Below are positions 36,737 through 51,292 of a DNA stretch of 64,000 nt, in pieces. The translations under genes and the position numbers were made by a program. The stretch comes from Dictyostelium discoideum. Its lineage: Eukaryota. The notes beneath the pieces are model-generated. The model was given only the letters and a program-made list of their open reading frames with translations, had not been told where the DNA came from and did not search any database. The DNA is taken from assembly GCA_000004695.1 (NCBI GenBank), contig CM000153.2, positions 3,456,001-3,520,000 on the forward strand, in the 5' to 3' direction. Position 1 is the first letter of the stretch. Each line of letters begins with the position of its first letter.

Positions 36737-37654
36737 GATATGAGATCATGAAGTTGAGTTAACCATATCCAGCATAATCTTCAAATTGACGTTCATAGTC
36801 TACCACATGCTATAGATCAAGCCCAAAATAACTGTAACAATGATAATATTCCTAGTCTTACTATCAATTGGACTTGTTGTTGTTGATGTTGATGGTAATG
36901 TAGTTGAGGTAGTTATAGTTGTTGTAGTTGATGTTGTAGTTGTAGTTGATGTTGTTAAAGCTGATGTGGTTGGTGTTGTTGCAGCTGAAGTAGTTGATGT
37001 TGTTCCAGCTGATGCGTTTGATGTTGTTGAAGTAGTTGTGGTTGATGTTGTGGAAGCAAATGTAGTAGATGTTGTTGAGGTTGTTGGTGTCGGTGTCAGT
37101 GTCGGATCAATGCAAGTGTGGTTAACGATGGGAATAAATTGAGAACCATATATAAGAAAATATTTACATTCTTCACAACCACAATAAATGTTATTTAATT
37201 TAGTGCTTTTTTTTGATAAATTCACATCTGAATTATTTCCAATCCCAACTTGTGAAATTCATATATTGAAAGAAGAGCCATCTTGAACATGATTGAGTTT
37301 GGTTATTTTCTTCTTCTGGTTCATATGTCAGAAATGGTTGGGTTGAGCTTGATCCTCGATTATTGTATAATTATTATTTTCATTATTGATATTTTCTGAA
37401 GTGATCCACAAGGCACCACAATAATTACCCAATGTAATTTGTTCTGATGTTACACTTATATTACCAATGATACCAATACAAACACGACTATTATTTGATA
37501 TTAATAAAAATGCTCTATTAACAGCATCTTTGAGTGATGTGCATATAGGTTCATTATTCATACCACATCCTTTTGATGAATTATAAACAGTTGGGATGTT
37601 GTAATTTAATAAAATCGTTGAATTTGGGCATAGCGGCGATGAAATATTTGCCAT
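36737..37654 (-). pseudogene. Partial tandem copy of the 37674..39545 L gene with two internal deletions
   Basis: Tracks 37328..37654 and 36800..37225 match the N-terminal 100 aa and the C-terminal stalk region of the neighbouring gene. The central roughly 815 bp and about 150 bp of the TM/tail region are missing. Both unit boundaries share the sequence tatgagatcatgaag. Confidence 0.6.
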
Positions 37655-37673
37655 ATGAGATCATGAAGATGAA

Positions 37674-39545
37674 TTAGTCATATTCAGCATAATCTTCAAA
37701 TTGATGTTCATAGGCTACCAATGTGAGATCAATAGTTGGAGATACTGCTTTCTCATCTTCTTCAGCCACAGCATATAGGTTACTATCAAAGCTCGGTTTT
37801 TCAGTGGATGAGGTATGTGATATGAATCTCCTATTTTTATACATTTTATAGATTAATGAGAATATTATGAGAGATGCTATAGACGCAGTGCCCAAAATAA
37901 CCGTAACAATAATAATATTCCTAGTCTTACTATCAATTGGACTTGTTGTTGTTGTTGTTGATGATGATAATGATGATGATAATGTAGTTGAGCTTGTTGC
38001 AGCTGATGTAGTTGATGTTGTTCCAGCTGATGTAGTTGATGTTGTTGGAGTAGCTGTGGTTGATGTTGTTGAAGCCAATGTAGTTGATGTTGTTGAGGTT
38101 GAGGTTATTGTTGTTGTTGGTGTAGGTGTTGGTGTTGGTGTCGGATCAATGCAAGTGTGGTTAACGATGGGAATAAATTGATAACCATATATAAGAAAAT
38201 ATTTACATTCTTCACAACCACAATAAATGTTATTTAATTTAGTGCTTTTTTCTGATAAATTCACATCTGAATTATTTCCAATCACTGGAAACATATTTGA
38301 TTGTCCACCTACAGCATCTTGTAAACTGACTGAACTATTGATAATGATAAGTATATGATCCACTTGGATTGGAAATAAACTACTATATGTTATTTTTAAA
38401 GAACTTTCTTCTGCAAAAAATAGACAGTGTACAGAGACATTTGGATTGAGTCTGTTGACCAAATAATTTTTTATACCAAATGTTTTGCCACTGGAATTCT
38501 TCATTGTTATTGATGAATTCTCTAATTGGTATCCTAAATAACTCTTTCTTTGATAATTGAGTGGACTTGATACATTTTTGAAGTATATACGACTAAATAG
38601 ATCTCTTTCAGTGGTTTGTGGGAACTGTGAGATAAAGAGAAATGTACTCATTATAGTGTTGGAGAAATTAGAGTGACCAATAAAATCCAAGCTTGAATTA
38701 ATGAGAAACATGAATGGATTCTCGAAGAAATTACAATTTTCTATCGTTGATTCAGCAGAATATACAAATGATCCTTTTTCGATGTATATAAATGGAATTG
38801 CTTCTAATACACTATCAAATAAACTTAAATTGAAAGTAATTGAACCACCCATCACATAAATTGGTGATATAAAATCGGTCAAGGAATTTGGAGCTAAAAT
38901 GGTGGGCGGTTTTAGGTTGAACACTTTTGTATAAGTAAAGCCTATCCTCAAAGATTGATAGTTATAAATAAAAGCAATACTTCTTGGTGAAATTATATTA
39001 CAACTTTCGAAATATATGAAACTTGATTGTTTCTCGGAATTATCTGAAATTTGATTGGTCACAGAGACAATTGGTCTATCCCAATTTGTAAAATTTATAT
39101 ATTGAAAGAAGAACCATCTTGAACATGATTGAGTTTGATTATTTTCCTCTTCTGGTTCATATGTCAGAAATGGTTGGGTTGAGCTTGATCCATCGATTAT
39201 TGTATAATTATTATTTTCATTATTGATATTTTCTGAAGTGATCCACAAGGCACCACAATAATTACCCAATGTAATTTGTTCTGATGTTACATTTATATTA
39301 CCAATGATACCAATACAAACACGACTATTATTTGATATTAATAAAAATGCTCTGCTAACAGCATCTTTGAGTGATGTGCATATCGGCTCGTTATTAAAAC
39401 CACATCCTTCTGATGAATTATAAACCGTTAGGATGTTGTAATTTAATAAAATCGTTGAATTTGGGCATAGCGGCGCTGAAACCACAAAAACAATTTTTAA
39501 AAATATTGCAAACAAAATTGAAAAATTATTTGATTTTCTAATCAT
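37674..39545 (-). CDS. L-family type-I membrane glycoprotein, 623 aa
   Basis: It has a signal peptide. Motifs are EGCGFNNEPICTSLKDAVSRA, LGNYCGALW, FTNWDRP, ISPIYVMGG and C-G-C-E-E-C-K-Y-F. The stalk is T/P/S-rich. The TM helix is IIIVTVILGTASIASLIIFSLI. The tail is YKMYKNRRF...AVAEEDEKAVSPTIDLTLVAYEHQFEDYAEYD. Confidence 0.7.
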   Translation of the reverse strand: MIRKSNNFSILFAIFLKIVFVVSAPLCPNSTILLNYNILTVYNSSEGCGFNNEPICTSLKDAVSRAFLLISNNSRVCIGIIGNINVTSEQITLGNYCGALWITSENINNENNNYTIIDGSSSTQPFLTYEPEEENNQTQSCSRWFFFQYINFTNWDRPIVSVTNQISDNSEKQSSFIYFESCNIISPRSIAFIYNYQSLRIGFTYTKVFNLKPPTILAPNSLTDFISPIYVMGGSITFNLSLFDSVLEAIPFIYIEKGSFVYSAESTIENCNFFENPFMFLINSSLDFIGHSNFSNTIMSTFLFISQFPQTTERDLFSRIYFKNVSSPLNYQRKSYLGYQLENSSITMKNSSGKTFGIKNYLVNRLNPNVSVHCLFFAEESSLKITYSSLFPIQVDHILIIINSSVSLQDAVGGQSNMFPVIGNNSDVNLSEKSTKLNNIYCGCEECKYFLIYGYQFIPIVNHTCIDPTPTPTPTPTTTITSTSTTSTTLASTTSTTATPTTSTTSAGTTSTTSAATSSTTLSSSLSSSTTTTTSPIDSKTRNIIIVTVILGTASIASLIIFSLIYKMYKNRRFISHTSSTEKPSFDSNLYAVAEEDEKAVSPTIDLTLVAYEHQFEDYAEYD

Positions 39546-39635
39546 ATATTAATAAATTTACAAAGAAAACTGTTTTTTTTGATGTGAGCAAAAAAATTTT
39601 TAAACCTTTTTTTTCATCAATATTTATTTTTTTTT

Positions 39636-39671
<36 letters not shown>

Positions 39672-39890
39672 AATCGGTGGGGAGGAGACACCCAAAGTGA
39701 TTGAAAAAAAAAAAAAAAAAGAAAACAATAAAAAAAAAAAAAAAAAAACAAAAAAATAAAAAAAAAAAAAAAAATCTGAAGTTCTTCCAATATAAACAAG
39801 AAAATAAAGAAGTATAATAAATAATCAAAATAAAAAAAAAAAAATAAAAAAAAATTAAAATAAAAAATTATTTAATATTATTTATTTGTA

Positions 39891-39944
<54 letters not shown>

Positions 39945-39962
39945 ATTTAATATTATTTTTGT

Positions 39963-39997
<35 letters not shown>

Positions 39998-40018
39998 TAA
40001 AAAAGTTTAAAAAAAAAA

Positions 40019-40093
<75 letters not shown>

Positions 40094-40906
40094 AAAACTG
40101 AAAAGCTGGTCCATTTGCACAAGTTTGCATTTTTTTATTTTTATTTTTTTTTTTGTTGCCAAAAAGTATCATTTAATTATGGATGCGAGGCTTTTGGTAG
40201 TTGCGCTAGTTTGTGAGATTTCAAATTTAGTGTGGAATTGTTAACAAATTTTTTTGTATGCTTTTTCTTATGTTAGGTACATTAAAATTTAATGATCTTA
40301 ATTTTTTGAGGGCTTTAAAATTAAACAATTGTTAGAAAAATAATGTGGGGTTTTTTAAAAAAATAAAAAACTAATCTTGAAAATAATATTTTGTGGTTGA
40401 ATAATTTTTTTAAACACACGCAAAATGGGTTGTAAAACAAAAAAAAACGAAACAATTTGTCGATAATCACCTACCACCATGGATTTTCATCTCCAAAAAA
40501 AAAACAAATAATAAAAAAAAAAAAAAAAAAAAAGCCATCCCCTTAAAATATATTATTTTATTGATATTAATAGGGTTTTCTTTTGAGTTTAAAAATACTG
40601 TATAGTTTCGCAAAAAAATGCATCTTCATATTTTAAGTGTAAGAAGTTTCTTGGTTTTAGGAAATTAATTGATACCAATAATTAAAAATTATTTAACGAG
40701 TTTTTTTAAAAATTCTTATTTAAACAAAATTTTTTTTTTTTTTATTCATTAAATTCAAAATTAAAAATAATAAATATATAAATACAAATAAATAAATATA
40801 AATTATTAAATTAAATAAATAAATAAAAAAATAAAAATCAAATAGAATAATTATTACATTTCTCTTTAAAATAAAATCTTTTCTATAAATAAATAATATA
40901 AATAAA

Positions 40907-41686
40907 ATGAACAAATCTATTTTCTTTAAAATAATCATATTTTTCTCTTTATTCAGTTTTTCAAATTGCATAATAACAGATTATGTATTTTCTATTGGCC
41001 ATAATTTAAACTCCCCAGTTGATATTCCTCGTGCTGCCGTTCCTACTTTCGACAATCCATTGAATGAAAATATTGGTCATCTCCCATCAAGTGTATATAA
41101 TATTACACTTTCCACATTTTATTTAAATAACATTGTGTCTCTCTCAACAAACAATCAATTTGGTGCCTTGTTCCATTATAATAATTTAAATGCTTTATTT
41201 ACCAAAATGAATAACATAACCAAAGTAAATCTAAATAAAGCCTATAATGATATCAATGCTATTGGAAAGTTTTCAACTTTAAATCAAATAACTATCATTC
41301 AAATTAGAGAATATTGGCTAAATGCCCAATCAAATTATCATATTCTCCAAAATACTATAACCTCATTAATCATTTCTATTCAACAAACAAAAAATAATTT
41401 GCTCGTAAACTCTCCAAATTCTAATTTATATAATATTGTATTAAATAATTACGAGATCTCTATTAATGGATTAATACAACTAAATTCAACATTTCAAAAT
41501 ATTAAAACTACTCTTGATATTACTTATTCAGCCTTTAGTTTAATACTACAACAAAACCTAGAGTATAATCAAAGTCCTTTCAATGAAGCATATTACATAA
41601 CAAAATTAAATGAAGGATTAAAGGAATTATTGAAAAGTTTCAACAGTTTTTATCTTCAATCATTTTTATTGTGTAGATTAATATAA
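40907..41686 (+). CDS. S-family secreted protein, 259 aa
   Basis: Signal peptide is IIIFFSLFSFSNC. Motifs are DIPRAAVPTFDNP, FYLNNIVSLSTNN and C-terminal SFLLCRLI. It lies divergent from the L gene 37674..39545. Confidence 0.6.
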   Translation: MNKSIFFKIIIFFSLFSFSNCIITDYVFSIGHNLNSPVDIPRAAVPTFDNPLNENIGHLPSSVYNITLSTFYLNNIVSLSTNNQFGALFHYNNLNALFTKMNNITKVNLNKAYNDINAIGKFSTLNQITIIQIREYWLNAQSNYHILQNTITSLIISIQQTKNNLLVNSPNSNLYNIVLNNYEISINGLIQLNSTFQNIKTTLDITYSAFSLILQQNLEYNQSPFNEAYYITKLNEGLKELLKSFNSFYLQSFLLCRLI

Positions 41687-42173
41687 TAATAAATAAATAT
41701 ATAAATAAAATTCATATAATAATTAGTTTTTTAAATTGTAATTATAATATTATTATTATTATTATTATTTTTTTCAAATAATTTTAAATTAGATAAATAT
41801 GGGTACAAAAAAAAAGCATATCCAAAAAATGGTTTTTTTAAGTATAATTCCATTGGAGGTTTAGATCTTTGGGGTTTTTTTTTTTTTTTTTTTTTTTGTA
41901 TTTATAGTAATAATTTATAATTTGTAATAGAAGTAAAATAAAAAAAAAAAAAAAAAAAAAATGTGTTTACATGTAAATTTACAACTATTAAAAAAAAAAA
42001 TTTATCCTTTTATTATTATTATTTAAATGTAAAGGTTTTTGAAAAATTAATTTTCTTTCTCTTCTAATTTTGCTTTTTCATCTTCAATTTGATCATCTTC
42101 AATTTTTTGCTCTCGTTCTTTTTCATATTGTTTTCTTCTTGTTTTTGTTTTTCATTATCATTATTATTATTAT

Positions 42174-45129
<2,956 letters not shown>

Positions 45130-45223
45130 CTAATAAAATAAAAAAATAATAATAAAAAAAAAAAAAAAAATTTGTTAATATTATAATTATTAATATTTAT
45201 AAATAATATTATTATTAACATAC

Positions 45224-45384
45224 CCATTATTTATATATTTATAACAATCATTTAATGTTGATAAAATTATTCCACCACTTTCATTGGTTGAAAGATTTTC
45301 ATCGTCCTTTTTATTATTATTATTACCATTATTATTATTTTTATTTAAAGTGGAGTTTCTTGTTCTCCGTATCAGAATTGACAT
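45224..45384 (-). CDS. CCCH zinc-finger protein, exon 1 (MSILIRRTRNSTLNKNNNNG...DCYKYINNG)
   Basis: The ATG is at 45384. The donor GTATGT is at 45223. The 94-nt AT-rich intron ends in AG. Phase-2 junction to exon 2 gives G|CEYNADVEAPC... in frame. Confidence 0.45.
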
Positions 45385-45634
45385 ATTTTATTTAATGATT
45401 TTATTTTATTTGAAATGGAGAGAGAGAGAGATAGGACTGAAATTTATTAATTTCAATTTATACTAAATACATTATTTCATTTCGTTTGAAGAAAAAACGA
45501 CTTAAAAAAATAAAATTTTATTTTTTTTTTTTTTTTAATTTTTTTTTTTTTTTTTTTATTTTTTTTTTTTATTTTTTATTTTTTTTTTTTTTTTTTTTAT
45601 TTTTTTTTTATTTTTTATATTTTATCTTGAATAT

Positions 45635-45679
<45 letters not shown>

Positions 45680-46102
45680 TAAATACTGTTTTTATGGCAC
45701 CTATCGATCTAAATTTATTGTTCAATGAATAAATTAAATAAAATGAATAATAAAATTAAAAATAAAATCAAAATATTCAATAATTTCCATTTTTAAAATT
45801 ATTTATCAACCCAACAAAACCTTCAGTAGAAATTACCAATTTGGCCGAAAAAAAAAAATAAAAAAAAAAAAAAAAAATTAAATTTTATCATAATTATTAA
45901 TAATGTAACGAAACCTATAGTTGTTCGTTAAAATTATTAAATTATTAACTCACTTCGTTCATTATTATAATTATTATTTCTAAAATTAGTATATTATTTT
46001 AATTATTCTCTTTTAGTAAATTATGTCAACTCATTTTGTATAAAATGAAAATGAAAATTTTTTTTTCTGTTTTATTAGATATCTCAATAATTAAATATAT
46101 TA

Positions 46103-46143
<41 letters not shown>

Positions 46144-47513
46144 AATTAATCAATTAAAATAAATTGAATAAATATTAAATTAAATTAATAAAATAAATAT
46201 AATTAAAATAAATTTAAAATTAAATCAAAAAATAAATTAAATAAAATAAAGTCCTAGAGTATACCACTTCCGTTACAATAGTTAAATAAAGTTCATAAAA
46301 GTTTTTCATTAAAAAATTTTAGTAAAAGTGGAGTTTTGAATCGATAAAACTGAGGTATATTTATACGAAATATATAGTTAAATAGAGGAATTCAAGGCGA
46401 ATATAATCATATATGTGGTTATAATTAAAATTAAAAAATTAAAAATTTTCCACCCTTTTTCGAAAATATTTATTTTTTCATTTTTTTTATCATTTTTTTT
46501 TAAAGGAGATCGAAAACTAAGGCTTGTTATATAATCAATTGAAAATGGTAATCGTTTATTGATTCAAAGTTAGTAATAGTTATATTTTATTTTTAATTTT
46601 AAAATTAATATTATTTAATTTTATTATTATTCTTTATTTAATTATTTTTTTAATTTTTTATCTACTGAAAAAATTAAGTTTAAATCTACTTGTTACAAAA
46701 AAAAAAAAAAGATTCGATGGACAGATAATAATAATAACTAGATTGAGATCAAAAAAAAATCTAGTTCAATGAAAATAAAATAAACGATTAATTCTAAAAA
46801 TAGAGCAATCATTTTAAATTTTATTTCAATTTTCTACATATGCCTTTTTACAATTGGGAATACAAATTTGTAAAACTGGGTTGTTTTAATTTGAATTACA
46901 CATTCTTACTAAAGTTTGAGTGACTACTCAAAAAAATGAGTTTTGGAAAAAAAAAAAAAAAAAAAATAAATGTTTTAATTAATAATTTAACAATTCTTTG
47001 AATGAATTAATAATGGGGTGACCAAATTTTTTTTTTTTTATTTTTTTTGAAAGGGTGAGAAATGGGGTTGAATAAATATTTTCAAACCTACCTTTTTTTG
47101 TTTTGAAACCCCGAGTCTTTAGGGTTTTTTTTTTTTTTTTTTTTTTTTTATTACCAACCTCTTATACTATTTAATAATTTATTTTCATGGTTTTAATTTT
47201 TAAAAAAAAAGAATTAGTTTATTTTCAATTTTGATGGGGTTTTAAAAATAAGCTTTCTCAACTTCTTTACTACAACGCTTTATTTTCACTAATTTAATTA
47301 GTATTTCATTTTTCCTTGCAAAGAAAATAAGTTTTTCTTTTTATTTTTTTTTTTTAATTTTTTAATTTTTTCTTTTTATCCTTTTTTTTTTATTTTATAA
47401 AAAGAAAAAATTTTGAGTTTTAAAAAATCATTATTAATTATTTAATTAACAATTGTGTATTTTTAAAAAAAAAATTCTATATTTAATTAAACTTTAAAAA
47501 AAAAAAAAAAAAA

Positions 47514-48284
47514 ATGAAATTTAAATCATTACAAATATTAAATTTAATTATAATTTCTTTTTATTTTAATTTATCAAATTCTACAATTACAAATTATGTA
47601 CTATTAATTGGAAGAGATTTAAATTGTACTGAAGATATTCCAAGAGCTTCTTTGTTAACAATTACAAACCAAGCCTATGCTATGAATATAAAATTTGAAA
47701 CCAATGATGAAGTTTTTAATTTTACTTTTAGTAAATATTATTTAAACAATTTAGTTTCATTAGGAATTAATGAATCTCCAATAGCTCTTTTCAATTATAA
47801 TAATTTCACAAATTTAATAAATAATTTAACAAATGAATCTCAGTTTGGTTTAAATAATACTTTTAATTATATAAATACAGTTAGTAAATTTTCAAATTTG
47901 GATAATTTAAAATTGACAACAATTTCAAATTCAGTTTCTCAAATGTTAACTAAAATAAAATCAATTAAAAATGTTACAGTTGCTTTAGATAATAATATTA
48001 AAAGTATTAATAGTCCCACTAAAGTTGTAATGGATAGTTATCAACTTGTTAGTTCCTCTCTCAATTTTGTAAATAATCGTATATCTAATATTATTACCAC
48101 ACTAAACTCAATGAAACAAAATGTGAATGATTTTCAAAATGAGTTGGATTATTATTCAATTATTGGTGATGATGATGATCATATGACAACAATGAATGAC
48201 ATTATGAAATCTTTCTTAAATAATTGTTTTATGTATTACAATTATTCGGTTTTTTTTTCAAGATTTATGATTGATCTTAATTAA
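47514..48284 (+). CDS. S-family secreted protein, 256 aa
   Basis: It has a signal peptide. Motifs are TNYVLLIGRDLNCTEDIPRASLLTITNQ, FSKYYLNNLVSLG and C-terminal FFSRFMIDLN. It sits 330 bp upstream of an L gene on the same strand. Confidence 0.6.
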   Translation: MKFKSLQILNLIIISFYFNLSNSTITNYVLLIGRDLNCTEDIPRASLLTITNQAYAMNIKFETNDEVFNFTFSKYYLNNLVSLGINESPIALFNYNNFTNLINNLTNESQFGLNNTFNYINTVSKFSNLDNLKLTTISNSVSQMLTKIKSIKNVTVALDNNIKSINSPTKVVMDSYQLVSSSLNFVNNRISNIITTLNSMKQNVNDFQNELDYYSIIGDDDDHMTTMNDIMKSFLNNCFMYYNYSVFFSRFMIDLN

Positions 48285-48615
48285 ATCCTTAAATAAATAA
48301 AAAAAATAAAAATAAAAAAAATAAAAAATAAATAAAAATAAAAAAAAATATGTAAATTAAAACCCCAAAATTTTTTTTTTTTTTTTTTTTTTTTTTGATT
48401 ATTTTTTTTTTTTCAAATATTTAAATCTAGTGATTCTATTATTAGATTTTTTTTTTTATTTTTTTTAACCCATACTTTTTTATTTTCATTTTTTATTTTT
48501 TTTTTGATCTATTTTTTGTAAACCAACCAAATGTTTTTTTTTTTTTTTTTTTTTACCTCATATTTTTTTTTTTTTTTTTTATAAATTAAAGTAATAAATA
48601 AAATTAAATAAAACC

Positions 48616-50448
48616 ATGAAAGAATTTATATATTATTATTTTTTATTTTATTTTTTTATTAAAATTATAAATTCTGAAAATATTATTTTTGTAGATTATA
48701 ATATTAAGAGGAATTATAATTCATTTGATGAATGTGGTAGCAGTGATCAACCAATTTGCACATCTTTCGAGGATGCAATCAATAAAGTAATTTTAATATC
48801 AATCAATTCTTTAGATACTCCTACTATTTATATAAATATAATTGGTGATATTAATGGTACAAATATAATATCATTAGGTAATTTATATAATTTTTGTGGT
48901 ACTCTATATATTAGATCAAATAGTAGTAATTCCAATATAAATATTGATGGAACAAATTCAACTCAACAACCATTTCTAATAATTCAAGAACCAGATGAAA
49001 TTAATTTAACAATTTCAAAATGTACAAAAAAAAGAGTTTTTATATTTCAACGTTTAAATTTTATAAATTGGGATCAAACTATTATTAGTATAAATATTAA
49101 TCAAGAAATTAACGATCAACCAATTGATCAATCAAAATTTTTTCAAATATTAATGGTTGATACTTTTATAATTTCATCAAGTAGTATAATATTTGTAAAT
49201 CCAAAGAATTCAAAAGATTTATTTAAAAATTATAATTTTAAGGGTTTACAATTTTATTTTACAACTTCATATTGTATTAATATGAAATCTTCAAAACTAT
49301 TAGCTCCGAATTCTACAGATAATTTTTTACCACCAATTTATATTATTGGTGGTTCGATTATAAGGTTTTTTAATATTCAAAATAGTTCAATATTATCAAC
49401 TCCTTTTATTTATATTAAAAGTGGATCATTGGAATTTGTTAATGATATTTCAATATCAAATAATAACTTTTCAATTTATCCAATTGTTTTATTAATAAAT
49501 TCAAAGTTTTCAACTTTAAAAACAATTTCATTCAATGAAAATGAATTTTTTACTTTTTTTTTATTTTATGAATGCCAAACTCAACCAATCACACCAATTA
49601 ACTTTTTTAATAATATTCAACCACATCAATCAAATTATCAGAGAAAATTATATCTAGGAATTCAATTGGAAAATTCAGTAACTGTAATAAAAAATAGCCA
49701 TTTTACAATACAGGAATATTTAAAGTTTACTTTAAATTTAAATAATACTATTGGAAATGATATATTTTATGTTGAAAATAGTAATTTTATTATTCAATTT
49801 TTGGGATTGGAAAGATTGATTCAAGGTAATCATATGATTAAGGTAATCAATAGTATAGTAACTTTTCAAAATATAGATTTAAAATGGGACGGATTTCCAA
49901 TTATTGGTTCAAACTCAACAATTGATTTCATATATTGTAAAAATTTAAATAATTCATTTTGTGGTTGCTCTACTTGTAATTTTTTAAATCAATCTTTTAA
50001 TTGTGATTTTAGTTCTTCAACAGCATCATCTTTTGAACCAACCGAAACTCCAACTCTTTCTGAAACTAATTCTCCCACAAACACTCAAACACCACCTACA
50101 ATAACCGAGACTCCAACTCATTCTAAAACCAATACCCCAACAAATACTCAAACCCCAAAAATAAACGAAACGCAACCATTTATAACAAATACCCCAACAC
50201 CAACACAAACTTTAAAAAAATCAAATAAAAATAGGAATATAGCTATTATTGTTGTAACTATAGTTTTAGGTGTCACATCAATTGTTTCACTTTTAATATT
50301 TTCAATATATAAAAGATATAATTCTAAATTATCAATTAGGGATAATGATAACATGTTTGGAGCTGGTGATGAAAAAGCATTCTCACCAAGTTTTGATATT
50401 GTGACACCCAATATAAATGAAGATTGCGGTCAAAAAGAAGGATTATAA
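48616..50448 (+). CDS. L-family type-I membrane glycoprotein, 610 aa
   Basis: It has a signal peptide. Motifs are FDECGSSDQPICTSFEDAINKV, LGNLYNFCG, FINWDQT, NPKN, LPPIYIIGG and C-G-C-S-T-C-N-F. The stalk is a T/P/Q-rich repeat (ETPT.S.TNTPTNTQTP). The TM helix is IAIIVVTIVLGVTSIVSLLIFSI. The tail is divergent (…DEKAFSPSFDIV…). Confidence 0.7.
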   Translation: MKEFIYYYFLFYFFIKIINSENIIFVDYNIKRNYNSFDECGSSDQPICTSFEDAINKVILISINSLDTPTIYINIIGDINGTNIISLGNLYNFCGTLYIRSNSSNSNINIDGTNSTQQPFLIIQEPDEINLTISKCTKKRVFIFQRLNFINWDQTIISININQEINDQPIDQSKFFQILMVDTFIISSSSIIFVNPKNSKDLFKNYNFKGLQFYFTTSYCINMKSSKLLAPNSTDNFLPPIYIIGGSIIRFFNIQNSSILSTPFIYIKSGSLEFVNDISISNNNFSIYPIVLLINSKFSTLKTISFNENEFFTFFLFYECQTQPITPINFFNNIQPHQSNYQRKLYLGIQLENSVTVIKNSHFTIQEYLKFTLNLNNTIGNDIFYVENSNFIIQFLGLERLIQGNHMIKVINSIVTFQNIDLKWDGFPIIGSNSTIDFIYCKNLNNSFCGCSTCNFLNQSFNCDFSSSTASSFEPTETPTLSETNSPTNTQTPPTITETPTHSKTNTPTNTQTPKINETQPFITNTPTPTQTLKKSNKNRNIAIIVVTIVLGVTSIVSLLIFSIYKRYNSKLSIRDNDNMFGAGDEKAFSPSFDIVTPNINEDCGQKEGL

Positions 50449-51241
50449 ATAAAATCTATCCACCAGAGAAATCTACAAATTCTCCCAACTTAGAAAGAAC
50501 GCGACCCTCCACATATCAAAGAAACAATGTTTCAAACGAGTTCAAAAAGGAACGATTCTAAAATATTTAAACAAAGAAATATTAGTTCAAGAAAACTAAA
50601 ACAGATTCATTGAAAATAAAGATGACTCCTGAGAACAAAGAAAAACTCACCTCCAAATAACTCAAAAAATTCGTCAAGAAGAATCAATTCCAACTCAAGG
50701 AGTAACAAAAATCACATTATTCAAATCCACAAAAAAAAAAAAAAAATTGTAAATTGACCATTTGTATCCTAATTATTTGTAATAAACATACTTTTTTAGA
50801 CCAACTTTATTTTATTATTATTATTATTATAAATTTTTTTTATTATTAACTATTAATTATTATCAAGATATTAAATATTATTTAATTTATTACTGTTTTA
50901 TTATTAAAACATTCTTAATGTCTTAGATAAATTTATAATCTCTCCAATCTCACTGGGTTCAAACAATTGACATTAACCATTTGATGGTTATGGTACTAAT
51001 AAATCCTTTCTCTATTATTTGATTGGTACCTATTTTTTAAAATTGCAAATACAGAGCAACAAAGTCATTTTACTTGTAATAACTGATATATACAGTTCCA
51101 AGATTATGCATTTGAACCAGGCTATGTATATGTATGAGAATTGATGAACCTGAAAAACCTGATGAAATTGTTAAACCTATACATATTAAACCTGCTAAAC
51201 CTGCTAAACCTGTACCTGTTAAACCTGTCAAACCAAATGAC

Positions 51242-51292
<51 letters not shown>

